NCBI GenBank assembly: GCA_046484585.1
Contig: JAWOIQ010000025.1
Coordinates: forward strand, 1-62,789
Length of the DNA stretch: 62,789 nucleotides
DNA from: Desulfurivibrionaceae bacterium
Lineage (GTDB): Bacteria; Desulfobacterota; Desulfobulbia; Desulfobulbales; JAGXFP01
Reading direction: 5' to 3'
Shown one piece after another: positions 18,478 to 27,844 of the stretch (within the stretch, counting starts at the first letter, position 1; every line of letters starts with the position of its first letter). A program made the position numbers and the translations under genes. The notes below the pieces were generated by a model. It worked only from the letters and a program-made list of their open reading frames with translations, did not search any database and was not told the origin of the DNA.

Positions 18478-20688
18478 ATGATGAAACAAAGCTCGGCGTA
18501 TATCGATAAAGACCAGATTCTCCACAATATGATCTCCTCCAACCGCTGGGGCGACTATTTCGGCGTATCCCAGAAAGTGCTGGATCAAGTCTGGGGCAGT
18601 CTCACTGCCCCGGAGGGTAATTCCGTCACCTACATTTCAATGGAAATCGCCGCGGACCGGGACGCTTTCCATCCAATAAAATCGAGACTCCTTGATCTGA
18701 ATATTTCCGGCAGCACCGACCCGCTGATCGATCGATTCATCAAGGACTTCCTCCACGGTCTTGAAAAAATCCCTAATTACGGAGGCGGGCTGGGAGTGCT
18801 GGCCGGCGATACCCTGAAGAGTTTCGCCGATTGCCGGATTCCGGTCGTCGCGGTCTCTCTCCTTTACCGGCACGGCTACTTTTCCCAGATGGTTGACTCC
18901 CGGATCGGCCAGATTTCCTGGTCAAGCGAATGGGGTCCGGAGAAGACTCCATCGATCTACGCCCTGCATCAAGCCGATGATCCGCAAAGCGAGCTCAGAA
19001 TTGAAGTGCCCTTCTATGATGAGCGTGACAGAGAAACCATCGCCTATGCCAGATTATGGATGAAAATGGAGGTAAACAATCAACTTACTTATTTCGTGCC
19101 GCACATCCTCCTTGACTTTCACACCGAGGAATCACCCCAATGGATTCGGGATGCCTCTAAAAACCTTTACGACAGCAGTTCGGAAAAGACCAAGATTATC
19201 CAGCGGCGGATGCTCGGCGCCGGTATCATTCCGGCGATGAAAGCCCTGGGCATCACCTCGAGAACCATCCACCTCAACGAACAACACGGAGTTGCGGTGA
19301 TCCTGGACCAGATACTCGACAGATTGCAGCAAAAATACGGCGAGGACTATACCCAGCGGGCCAGTGATCAGGATATTTTCGCGGCAGCCGAAGAGGTAGC
19401 GCGGAACATCGTCTTTACGATTCACACTCCGGTAAAGGCGGGCCATGACCGTTTTGACAAGAATCTTTACCGGAAATTCATCCACTCCTTTTATCACCGT
19501 ATTCTGGATCTGTTGGCCGAAGACCGCGACAACCATAACTACTTCAACTTTACCTCGCTGGCCATGCGGGTCAACCGCACCACCAATGCCGTTAGCCGCC
19601 TGCACAAGGAGGTAACCCAAAAGCAGTTTCCCGAATTTGCCGGAAAGATTTCGGCGATCACCAACGGAGTCCATCACCTGACCTGGATAAGCGATGCCAA
19701 GGCGGAGTTGTTCGACAGCTGCTCCGAATTTGAAAACTGGCGGCAGGATCCGAGTGTTTTCAAGCACGGCGCCGGTTTACTTGACAACAAGAGATTCAGG
19801 GCCTTTCTCGAAAGTGCCTGGAAAAAGGACAACTTCAAGTTAATTACCTATGTCAACGAGATGCTCGCCACCCATCGCACCATGATGCAGGAAACCTGGA
19901 TAGATCCGCCTAACTACTTGTCCAGTCTTGACATCAAGGATGCACGGCTGCAACCGGACACCTTAACCATTGGTTTTGCGAGGAGATTTTCGACCTATAA
20001 AAGAGCGGATCTCATTTTCGAGGATATTGAAGAGCTGCTCAAACTGGTAATTGCAAACAATTGGCCGGTCAATTTCATCTTTGCAGGTAAAGCCCACCCC
20101 GCCGACGAACCCGGCAAGGCCCTGATCAAAATGGTCATCGACGTGCAGGAGGAACTTTACCGAAAAAGTAACGGGCTCGCCAAGCTGGTATTTATCCCCG
20201 GTTACGATATGGTGATCGCCAAGATGATGGTAGCGGGGGTCCACTGCTGGTTGAACAGCCCCAAACGGCCCCTTGAAGCAAGCGGCACCAGCGGCATGAA
20301 GGCCGCCTTGAACGGCGTTCCCAATGTCAGCATCATGGACGGCTGGTGGGGAGAAGGATATCATGAAGGGGCAACCGGCTGGAAATTCGGTTACGAAGAC
20401 CCGGTAAACCTCGATACCTTAAGCGAAAACCGGGCGGAACTGCTCTATGCGGAAGATTCGGCTTCTTTTTACGAGGTATTCGCCGAGATCATCGACAACT
20501 TTTATAATCCGGAAAAATTCTATACCTTCATCGACAAAGCGATTATGAACATAGCCCTGAACACCCCCCGTTTCAATACGCACCGCATGGCGGCCGAATA
20601 CCTGTCGCGCTACAATCTCGATCTTGACGGACCCCTCGCAGGAAAGATGGCAAGACTCAAGGACAATTACAACAGCGACCACGAGTAA
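18478..20688 (+). CDS. glgP: alpha-glucan family phosphorylase
   Basis: 736 aa. PLEASGTSGMKAALNG PLP-lysine motif. Confidence 0.85.
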   Translation: MMKQSSAYIDKDQILHNMISSNRWGDYFGVSQKVLDQVWGSLTAPEGNSVTYISMEIAADRDAFHPIKSRLLDLNISGSTDPLIDRFIKDFLHGLEKIPNYGGGLGVLAGDTLKSFADCRIPVVAVSLLYRHGYFSQMVDSRIGQISWSSEWGPEKTPSIYALHQADDPQSELRIEVPFYDERDRETIAYARLWMKMEVNNQLTYFVPHILLDFHTEESPQWIRDASKNLYDSSSEKTKIIQRRMLGAGIIPAMKALGITSRTIHLNEQHGVAVILDQILDRLQQKYGEDYTQRASDQDIFAAAEEVARNIVFTIHTPVKAGHDRFDKNLYRKFIHSFYHRILDLLAEDRDNHNYFNFTSLAMRVNRTTNAVSRLHKEVTQKQFPEFAGKISAITNGVHHLTWISDAKAELFDSCSEFENWRQDPSVFKHGAGLLDNKRFRAFLESAWKKDNFKLITYVNEMLATHRTMMQETWIDPPNYLSSLDIKDARLQPDTLTIGFARRFSTYKRADLIFEDIEELLKLVIANNWPVNFIFAGKAHPADEPGKALIKMVIDVQEELYRKSNGLAKLVFIPGYDMVIAKMMVAGVHCWLNSPKRPLEASGTSGMKAALNGVPNVSIMDGWWGEGYHEGATGWKFGYEDPVNLDTLSENRAELLYAEDSASFYEVFAEIIDNFYNPEKFYTFIDKAIMNIALNTPRFNTHRMAAEYLSRYNLDLDGPLAGKMARLKDNYNSDHE

Positions 20689-20709
20689 GTCGCATCTTTC
20701 TGTATTCAA

Positions 20710-20898
20710 CCTGGATCCGTGAGCGTTCGAGAACGATGCAGATGCAAGGCGGCGGGTGAATCATGGCGACTCAGTAAAAAGATTTTTTCACTTAACATCA
20801 AATGGATAAAGCTGAGTTGAGCAGCTTGTCGGCTCATACGAAACTTATGCCCTGTGAGGTATAAAGCAAAATTCACAACGAAGCCGTCACGGATTCAG
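20710..20898 (+). mobile_element. MITE family B, internally deleted copy
   Basis: CCTGGATCCGTGAGCGTTCGAGAACGATGCAGATGCAAGGCGGC ... GCCGTCACGGATTCAGA, with TTCAA on both flanks. Confidence 0.75.
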
Positions 20899-20922
20899 AT
20901 TCAAAACAACACGGAGATATCA

Positions 20923-21210
20923 ATGGCCGAAACAATTGACGAAATAACCATAAATTACGAAGAGGACGGCGTCCTGATCGTCAAGGAACTTGACAAGGAA
21001 ATCCTGACCAGAGGAGCCTGGTCGACAATTATCTTCAAATACCAGCAGTGGGAAAAAGGCAAGGACAAGTACAGTGACGACCGCTATACCATCCGCCGCT
21101 ACCGGAAGATGAAAGGAGCCTATTCCCAGCAGTCAAAATTTAATATTTCAGGGCGAGACCAGGCCGCCAAACTGGCCGCGATCCTTAAAAGGTGGTCGGA
21201 GGAAAACTGA
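20923..21210 (+). CDS. hypothetical protein (95 aa)
   Basis: GGAGA SD 5 nt upstream of ATG 20923. I recognise no family. The longer track ORF starts inside the repeat. Confidence 0.5.
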   Translation: MAETIDEITINYEEDGVLIVKELDKEILTRGAWSTIIFKYQQWEKGKDKYSDDRYTIRRYRKMKGAYSQQSKFNISGRDQAAKLAAILKRWSEEN

Positions 21211-21260
21211 TCCGAAATGCTCCAATCAGGGTTTCCCAACCCAAGATTTTTTTTTGAAAA

Positions 21261-21300
21261 CCTGAAACTGTGAGCGCACGATAGCAGTCACATGTTCAGG
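21261..21300. repeat. 40-bp palindrome resembling fused family B termini
   Basis: The sequence is CCTGAAACTGTGAGCGCACGATAGCAGTCACATGTTCAGG. Confidence 0.4.
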
Positions 21301-21315
21301 AAAAACGGATTGATT

Positions 21316-21531
21316 ATGAAGATAACCATCAAATATTGCGCGGCCTGAAACTATCTCCCCAAGGCTTCCAGTCTGGAAGACGCCATTAAAGAGGAGATAG
21401 ACGCGGAAGTAGATCTTGTTGCAGGTTCGGGCGGGATATTCCTGGTATCCGTCGACGGCAGGGAGATATTTTCCAAGAAAAAGGAGGGCCGTTTTCCGGA
21501 AGTTTCGGAGATAATGGCCAAACTGGACTAA
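21316..21531 (+). CDS. SelW/Rdx-family selenoprotein (Sec encoded by TGA 21346-21348)
   Basis: Translation is MKITIKYCAA-U-NYLPKASSLEDAIKEEIDAEVDLVAGSGGIFLVSVDGREIFSKKKEGRFPEVSEIMAKLD. It has a CxxU redox motif and GSGGxF and EGRFPE blocks, with a hairpin just downstream of the UGA. Confidence 0.8.
21363..21384 (+). promoter_or_regulatory. candidate bacterial SECIS hairpin
   Basis: GGCUUCC-AGUCU-GGAAGacGCC starts 15 nt after the UGA. The apical loop contains GU. Confidence 0.6.
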
Positions 21532-21545
21532 GGTAAACGGATCAC

Positions 21546-22526
21546 ATGGTGGAAAATTCTGAACAAACCGTACTCCATGAACTTGGCCCCGGCGGCGCCT
21601 CGGCAAACAGCTGGAATCTCACCGGTAAAAACACCTTCAAGATAGGGCGCGGTCCGACCAACGATATAGTGCTCCCCTATTCATGGGTATCCCGCAAGCA
21701 CACCATGATCCAGCGGGAAAATAACGGGATTTTCCACATCATGGACCTTGGCAGTTCCAACGGCACTTACCTAAACGACAAACTGATCCACTCTCCGACG
21801 ATCCTGAATAACGGCGACCTGATCACCCTCGGCAGAACAACGATCAGATTCGACCAGTTCATCGAAAAAACCGAACAGGAAGAAGACATATCCGAACTTA
21901 CCCTGGATATGACCATCGCTCACATCAAAAAGGAAATCGTCACCATTCTGGTCTGCGACATCCATGAATTCACCCGCCTCTCCGAGAAACTGGGTAACAA
22001 ACATATTTCGAAACTGCTTCGGTTCTGGACCAAAAAAGTCGGCGCCATCATTAACGAACATGGCGGTCTGGTCGATAAATTTATCGGCGACGCGGTAATG
22101 GCCACCTGGACAGGCGGAACCGTAAGCAGCGGGGCAAGAAACGCCCTGCGATCGGCACTGGAGATCAGCCAGGCCACCAAAAAAATCGGGGAAAGCATTC
22201 CGGAGATCAGGACACCCCTGTCAATCGGCGCGGCAATCAATACCGGCGAGGCAATGCTGGGCAACATGGGGGTGACCGGACACCGGGATTCGACGGTGAT
22301 CGGTGATGTAGTTAATGTGGCCTTCAGATTGGAATCGATGACCGAACAGGATGAGGCGGATGTGATCATCGGCGCCGAAACAGCCCGATATCTCGATAAC
22401 CCGGCAAAATATTTCGACCAGAAAACCTTCGAGATTAAAGGAAAAACCGGCCAGATTAAAGCCCACGCCTGCTCTTTCGATCAATTAGCCTATTACCTTT
22501 CGGCCACCGCCACCCACAGCCGCTGA
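21546..22526 (+). CDS. FHA domain-containing class III adenylate/guanylate cyclase
   Basis: N-terminal FHA domain (FKIGRGPTNDIVL...SRKHTMI...GSSNGTYLN). C-terminal cyclase domain (VTILVCDIHEFTRLSE...KFIGDAVMATW). Confidence 0.8.
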   Translation: MVENSEQTVLHELGPGGASANSWNLTGKNTFKIGRGPTNDIVLPYSWVSRKHTMIQRENNGIFHIMDLGSSNGTYLNDKLIHSPTILNNGDLITLGRTTIRFDQFIEKTEQEEDISELTLDMTIAHIKKEIVTILVCDIHEFTRLSEKLGNKHISKLLRFWTKKVGAIINEHGGLVDKFIGDAVMATWTGGTVSSGARNALRSALEISQATKKIGESIPEIRTPLSIGAAINTGEAMLGNMGVTGHRDSTVIGDVVNVAFRLESMTEQDEADVIIGAETARYLDNPAKYFDQKTFEIKGKTGQIKAHACSFDQLAYYLSATATHSR

Positions 22527-22537
22527 AAGATTATCCG

Positions 22538-22706
22538 GTAAGCGATTGCAGGGTGCATAAGAGGCAAGGCATTGCCGGTAATCTTGGCAATTCTTCGATA
22601 ATCATCCGCATAATCAATCACCGCCTTCTTGCATCCAAGCCAATTCTCGAGCCCTTGCGAATTAAGGGACACCCCCCCGGATTCGGGGCTTTGCAGTAAT
22701 CGCTTA
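22538..22706. repeat. possible fourth small element with GTAAGCGATT-type inverted ends
   Basis: The left end is GTAAGCGATTGCAGGG. The right end, in reverse complement, is GTTAAGCGATTACTGCA. The left arm recurs at 26928. No TSD is seen. It could instead be a degenerate family B copy. Confidence 0.3.
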
Positions 22707-23402
22707 ACTTTTTCTCTCTCCGAACAGGGCGGAGCCCACCCTGATCAGGGTTGCCCCCTCCTCGATCGCCGCTTCATAATCGGCGGACATCCCCATCGAC
22801 AACTCCAGTCCCCCATCGACGGCCAGAAGTCCTTTCGCACGGAGGGCAAAAGCCAACTCCCTGGTTTGCCGGAAATATGGACGAGTCTGCTCCGGATCGG
22901 CACTGAAAGGCGGCATGACCATCAAACCCCGGGCACTAATGTTGGGCAGGTCGCGGATATCCTTCAGGAGCGCGGCGCAATCTTCAGGGGCAACTCCCGC
23001 TTTCTGGGGCTCCCTGCCGATGTTTACCTGGATCAGGACAGGCAGGACCCCGGAACCGCTTCCCGATAAACTCCGGTCGAGAGCCCGGGCTATCTTCAAA
23101 CGATCAACAGTTTGAATCATCCCGAACAAGGTGGCGGCTGTGCCCGCCTTGTTGGACTGAAGATGACCGATAAAATGCCAATCGATTCCCTGATCGAGCC
23201 GGGCAATCTTTTCCGCCGCTTCCTGCAGGTAATTTTCCCCGAACAATCTCTGGCCGCAGGCAAAGGCTTCATTGATCCGTTCAACCGGCTGTTTTTTACT
23301 GACTGCGACAAAACGAACTTCTTCCGGTGCCCGTCCCGTTCTGCGAGCCGCCGCTGCTATCCTGGTGCGAATTAGTTCAAGATTCGTTTTGATCAGGGAC
23401 AT
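22704..23402 (-). CDS. yggS: YggS family pyridoxal-phosphate homeostasis protein
   Basis: VAVSKKQP PLP-lysine motif, 232 aa. Confidence 0.85.
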   Translation of the reverse strand: MSLIKTNLELIRTRIAAAARRTGRAPEEVRFVAVSKKQPVERINEAFACGQRLFGENYLQEAAEKIARLDQGIDWHFIGHLQSNKAGTAATLFGMIQTVDRLKIARALDRSLSGSGSGVLPVLIQVNIGREPQKAGVAPEDCAALLKDIRDLPNISARGLMVMPPFSADPEQTRPYFRQTRELAFALRAKGLLAVDGGLELSMGMSADYEAAIEEGATLIRVGSALFGERKS

Positions 23403-23424
23403 TTTATAACCACCATTAAATTAG

Positions 23425-23579
23425 GATGAATTCGTAAAAAGTCAAAAATGGGATGGCTAAGCAAAAATCGTCAGATCCAAGGCGCGCGAATTTCGAGGAA
23501 TGCAGCGTACTTCAGTCGCTGCAATGACGAGACAATTTTGCATTAAACGAAGGAGCTGGCGACTTTTTGCGACGCCATC
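23425..23579 (+). repeat. repeat family C, reference copy (155 bp)
   Basis: Inverted termini are GATGAATTCGTAAAAAGTC / GACTTTTTGCGACGCCATC, with a GGATGGCTAAGCAAAAATCG module. Confidence 0.75.
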
Positions 23580-23600
23580 AAATAGGTTTTTCACCAACCG

Positions 23601-24434
23601 TTATTTTGCTGCCTGCGGCAGACGGAAAAGTTTTTCGGCATTGGCGGTTGTCGCCGCGGCAACTTCATCCAGGCCAAGGCCCTTGAGCTCGGCAACTTTT
23701 AGGGCGGTAAACAACATCAAGGCCGGTTCGTTGCGGCGGCCGCGGCGCGGTTCCGGTGCCAGAAAGGGGCCGTCGGTTTCAAGGATAATCCTGTCAAGGG
23801 GCGCCTCACGTACCGCCGCCTGCAAAATCTCGGCTTTTTTAAAGGTAACAACCCCCGGGATCGACACGTGAAAACCGAGGTCGATTACGGCTCGGGCAAA
23901 GGCGGGGTCTCCTGAAAAACAGTGCATTACCCCGCCCGCGGGAAAAGGGCGGGCTCTGGTCAAAACATCAAGCACCTCCCGATGGGCGTCGCGGTCATGG
24001 ACCACCAGCGGCAACTCTAATTGCTTGGCCAGATTAACCTGCCTGGTGAAATGCTCGATCTGGACATCACCCGGGGCATAATTGTAATGAAAATCGAGAC
24101 CGATCTCACCATAGGCCACCACCACCGGATTATCGGCCAGGGCCTGCAACTGGCGGTAGTCATCCCCGGTCATCCCGGCGACATTATGGGGATGAACCCC
24201 GATGGTGGCAAAGACTCCGGTACTTTCCTCGGCCAAGCGGATCGCCGCCCTGGAGCTGGCAAGATCGATCCCGACGGTAACGATCCGGTCGACCCCATGC
24301 CTCCCGGCCCGATCAATAACTTCGGCAAGGTCGTCGCCATAAGGCTGCATATCCAAGTGGCAATGGGTATCGATCAAACGTACCTCCTCACCAAGGATCG
24401 GATAAACTAGATTCTTTTTCTTCCTGGCAGCCAT
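23601..24434 (-). CDS. tatD: TatD family metal-dependent hydrolase
   Basis: LIDTHCHLD motif. The start at 24434 has a GGAGA SD. Confidence 0.85.
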   Translation of the reverse strand: MAARKKKNLVYPILGEEVRLIDTHCHLDMQPYGDDLAEVIDRAGRHGVDRIVTVGIDLASSRAAIRLAEESTGVFATIGVHPHNVAGMTGDDYRQLQALADNPVVVAYGEIGLDFHYNYAPGDVQIEHFTRQVNLAKQLELPLVVHDRDAHREVLDVLTRARPFPAGGVMHCFSGDPAFARAVIDLGFHVSIPGVVTFKKAEILQAAVREAPLDRIILETDGPFLAPEPRRGRRNEPALMLFTALKVAELKGLGLDEVAAATTANAEKLFRLPQAAK

Positions 24435-24609
24435 CTGAATAATCTCCAAGCCCTGATCTAAACCTAAAAACCTCAATCAACAACAACTGATAAAGCAAAT
24501 CATTTGACAAAGCAACTAACTACATAATATCTTTAGCCGAGCTCAGCTGGGAGATATTTGTCCCCGAATCACTGCCGAGTAATTTTTTCCCGAGGCCCGA
24601 CAACTTGCC

Positions 24610-25131
24610 ATGACAAAACCGGTTTTAAAGGCTATTTATAAAAGACGCAGCGTCCGGGAATATACCGGTGACCCGGTTAAAGTCGAAGATTTACGTGAAA
24701 TTGTCAAGGCCGGCTCCTGGGCGCCATCCGGTCTTAACAATCAGCCCTGGCGGTTTGTGCTTATCACCGATCCCGAAACGAGATCACAATTGGCCGACCA
24801 GACCCGCTACGGCCATGTTATCAAGGGCGCTCCCGCCTTGATCGCCGTATTCCTTGACACAAAGGATATGTACAACGAAGTTAAGGACCATCAAGCGAGC
24901 GGCGCCTGCATCCAGAACATGCTGCTGGCCGCCGAGGAACTGAAGCTCGGCGCCGTCTGGCTTGGAGAGATATTAAACCGGAAGGATCAAGTCAACCGGA
25001 TTATTGAAGTAAGCGATGATTATGACCTGATGGCAATCGTCGCCGTCGGCCACCCGACCGGCCGGAACCGCGACTCAAAGAGAAAAGAGTTAAACAGCTT
25101 AATCATTAAAGAAATTTTGGAGGATTCCTGA
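24610..25131 (+). CDS. nitroreductase family protein
   Basis: RRSVREY and SGLNNQPWRF motifs. Confidence 0.8.
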   Translation: MTKPVLKAIYKRRSVREYTGDPVKVEDLREIVKAGSWAPSGLNNQPWRFVLITDPETRSQLADQTRYGHVIKGAPALIAVFLDTKDMYNEVKDHQASGACIQNMLLAAEELKLGAVWLGEILNRKDQVNRIIEVSDDYDLMAIVAVGHPTGRNRDSKRKELNSLIIKEILEDS

Positions 25132-25604
25132 TGCGCAATACAATCCCCACCCTGTCGGCACATGTATGTATCTCCCTCTTAGCAGCCCTTTTCATGTTGA
25201 GCGGCTGTTTTCACACCATTTCCCCGGAAGCGGCTGACGGTGGCCGGGAAGAGATGCCGATAGGAGCAACCAACGAATTTGAACCCTTCTATCCTGACAA
25301 CTTTAAAGACCTGCTGATTCCCGGGGAACTCTCCTGGAACAGGGAAAAGAGTGTCGCCCTGAATTCCGATTCCTTCAATGGCGGCATCCTCAATTTCAGT
25401 GGCCGGGTCGAAGTCACCTCCCTGATGGAATTTTTTTCCAGCAGCATGAAAAATGACGGCTGGACCGAGGTCGGTTCGCTGAAATCAAAAGACGTCCTCC
25501 TCGCCTTTACCAAAATGAACAGTTCCTGCATGATCAGAATCATGGAAGGCGGCCCCATCGGCAAAACCGATGTCTACGTTTATATCGCCAACTCCAAAAA
25601 GTAG
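25131..25604 (+). CDS. hypothetical lipoprotein
   Basis: Signal peptide with lipobox LSGC. The ATG overlaps the upstream TGA (ATGA-type coupling). Confidence 0.6.
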   Translation: MRNTIPTLSAHVCISLLAALFMLSGCFHTISPEAADGGREEMPIGATNEFEPFYPDNFKDLLIPGELSWNREKSVALNSDSFNGGILNFSGRVEVTSLMEFFSSSMKNDGWTEVGSLKSKDVLLAFTKMNSSCMIRIMEGGPIGKTDVYVYIANSKK

Positions 25605-26823
25605 AACTACGGCCTCAAGTTTGTTAACCGACAAAACGATTATTTTCGCGGTGAGCGGCGGTATTGCCGCCTATAAAGCTGCCGACTGGATCCGTAAACT
25701 GCGTAGGGAGGGCGCCGGAGTACAGGTGGTTATGACCGTGGATGCCACCCGGTTTGTCACTCCCCTGACCTTTGCGGCCCTCTCCGGCCAGAAGGTTTAC
25801 GAGGGGATGTTCGACCCCGATGACGCCGAACGCATCCCCCATATCAGCCTGGCCGCCAAGGCCGACTTGATCCTTGTCGCCCCGGCCACCGCCCAGACTA
25901 TCGCCCGACTTGCATCGGGCATGGCCGACGATTTGCCATCCGCCCTGGTGCTTGCCAATCAATCACCCGTGATCATCTGCCCGGCAATGAACTCCAATAT
26001 GTACCTGCACCCGGCCACCCAGACCAACCTTGAGCGGCTCAAGTCATACGGCTACCTGATCGTGGACCCGGACAGCGGCTGCCTCGCCTGCGATACCGAA
26101 GGTCCCGGGCGTCTTGCCGATTGGAGTTCAGCGAAAGAGGCGATCTATTCAGCCTTAAGCGAACAGGATCTGGCCGGCCGTAAGGTTTTGGTAACGGCCG
26201 GACCTACCCATGAACCGCTTGACCCGGTTCGCTATCTTAGCAATCGCTCCAGCGGCCGCATGGGATTCGCGCTGGCGGTCACCGCCCGCAGGCGGGGGGC
26301 CGAGGTCACCCTGGTCACGGGCCCGACCGAATTTCCCGATCCACCAGGGATGAATGTCGTACGGATTACAACCGCCGAGGAAATGGCCGCCGAGGTCCTT
26401 GAGCGCTCAGCCGGCATGGATGTTATCGTCAAAGCCGCGGCCGTTTCGGATTTCCGACCGGCTGACTATTCAACCGGCAAGCTCAAAAAAGCCGGGGCTG
26501 GTTTTACCTTGGAACTCAGCAAAAACAGGGACATTCTCAAAATTCTGGGCGAGAATAAAGAGAAAAGGCCCCTGCCTCTTCTGGTCGGCTTTGCCGCTGA
26601 GAGTAACAATTTTATCGAAGAGGGCTGGCGCAAATTACGAGACAAGAACCTCGATTTGCTGGCCATAAACGACATCACTTCGGAAGACGCGGGATTCGGT
26701 GTTGAAACAAACCGTATAACCCTGCTGAATCGCAATGGCGATCAGGAAAAAATTCCTTTGCTGAGCAAGGAAGATACCGCCAGTCTGATCTGGAGAAGGG
26801 TTGCCGGCCTGCTCGCCGAATAG
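25570..26823 (+). CDS. coaBC: bifunctional phosphopantothenoylcysteine decarboxylase / synthetase
   Basis: SGGIAAYKA flavoprotein motif and a C-terminal DFP domain. The start is uncertain (ATG 25570 or TTG 25621). Confidence 0.85.
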   Translation: MSTFISPTPKSRTTASSLLTDKTIIFAVSGGIAAYKAADWIRKLRREGAGVQVVMTVDATRFVTPLTFAALSGQKVYEGMFDPDDAERIPHISLAAKADLILVAPATAQTIARLASGMADDLPSALVLANQSPVIICPAMNSNMYLHPATQTNLERLKSYGYLIVDPDSGCLACDTEGPGRLADWSSAKEAIYSALSEQDLAGRKVLVTAGPTHEPLDPVRYLSNRSSGRMGFALAVTARRRGAEVTLVTGPTEFPDPPGMNVVRITTAEEMAAEVLERSAGMDVIVKAAAVSDFRPADYSTGKLKKAGAGFTLELSKNRDILKILGENKEKRPLPLLVGFAAESNNFIEEGWRKLRDKNLDLLAINDITSEDAGFGVETNRITLLNRNGDQEKIPLLSKEDTASLIWRRVAGLLAE

Positions 26824-27019
26824 AACGACAACACGTGGCAGCTTTACCATGTCCGTTCCTGCTTAATTACTTAACCTAACCGATCACGGCGGGATAAGCC
26901 GACCAGGAATGGCCAATCTCCCATCCAGTAAGCGATTACAGGGTGGCGGAGATGCAAGGCATCGGCCTGCGATGTGCTTAACCTCTTCTTCCGATTTAGA
27001 CCAAGGCCGACTTTCGACT

Positions 27020-27844
27020 ATGTGGAAATCAAAAGACATCTATTACATTTCTGACAGCACCGGCATCCTGATCACCAATCTGGGCGAATCACTGATCTGC
27101 CAATTCCCGGAAATCAATTTTCACGAAGAAAAATTTCCCTATGTGAAAACCGTAAAAGACGCCCAGGAAACCCTGGATTATATCCTCGAACAATCAAGGG
27201 GGCGTCGGCCGATAATTTTCAGCACCATTATGGACATCGAAGTCCGGGATGTTTTCAGGTCGCCGGAAGTGGAGTTCTTCGATGCCTTCGATTATTTTCT
27301 TGATCCCCTGGAAGCCTGTCTGGAGGCAAAAGCGTTGCGGGTGCCGGGCTTCCTGCGCCTTGACGATGACGTAACCAGGGCAAGAAGGGTTGAGGCCATT
27401 CATTTCAGTCTGGACCACGACGACGGCACCCGGGAGAACGAATTCGATCAGGCTGATGTTATTCTGCTGGGCGTGTCCCGGGCCGGCAAGACCCCGGTCA
27501 GCATCTACCTGGCCACCCAACTGGGCCTCAAGGCAGCAAATTTCCCCCTGACCGCGGAGTACCTTGCCAGGCTGCAAATGCCCCCCAGCATCGTCCGGAA
27601 TGTCAAACGAGCGGTTGCCCTGACCACTACCCCCGAAATGCTGCACCACATCAGGGAAAAAAGATACCCGAACAGCACCTACGCGAAACTGACAACCTGC
27701 ATCGATGAGTTGCAGCAGGCCGAACATATCTTCCGCAAGCATCACGTACCGATGGTTTCCTCGGCCGGAAAATCAATAGAAGAGATCGCCACCCAGGTTA
27801 CCCAGGAAATAGGACTGGTAAAAAAACCCGGTAGGGTCCGTTAA
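27020..27844 (+). CDS. ppsR: PEP synthase / pyruvate phosphate dikinase regulatory protein (DUF299)
   Basis: IYYISDSTG N-terminus and GVSRAGKTP P-loop. The longer track ORF extends into a repeat-like segment. Confidence 0.8.
   Translation: MWKSKDIYYISDSTGILITNLGESLICQFPEINFHEEKFPYVKTVKDAQETLDYILEQSRGRRPIIFSTIMDIEVRDVFRSPEVEFFDAFDYFLDPLEACLEAKALRVPGFLRLDDDVTRARRVEAIHFSLDHDDGTRENEFDQADVILLGVSRAGKTPVSIYLATQLGLKAANFPLTAEYLARLQMPPSIVRNVKRAVALTTTPEMLHHIREKRYPNSTYAKLTTCIDELQQAEHIFRKHHVPMVSSAGKSIEEIATQVTQEIGLVKKPGRVR

Noticed and set aside
21226-21606. 126-aa minus-strand ORF
   Set aside because: It is antisense to the SelW-like selenoprotein gene and to the start of the cyclase gene. The plus-strand reading has clear family motifs, so this is a shadow ORF.
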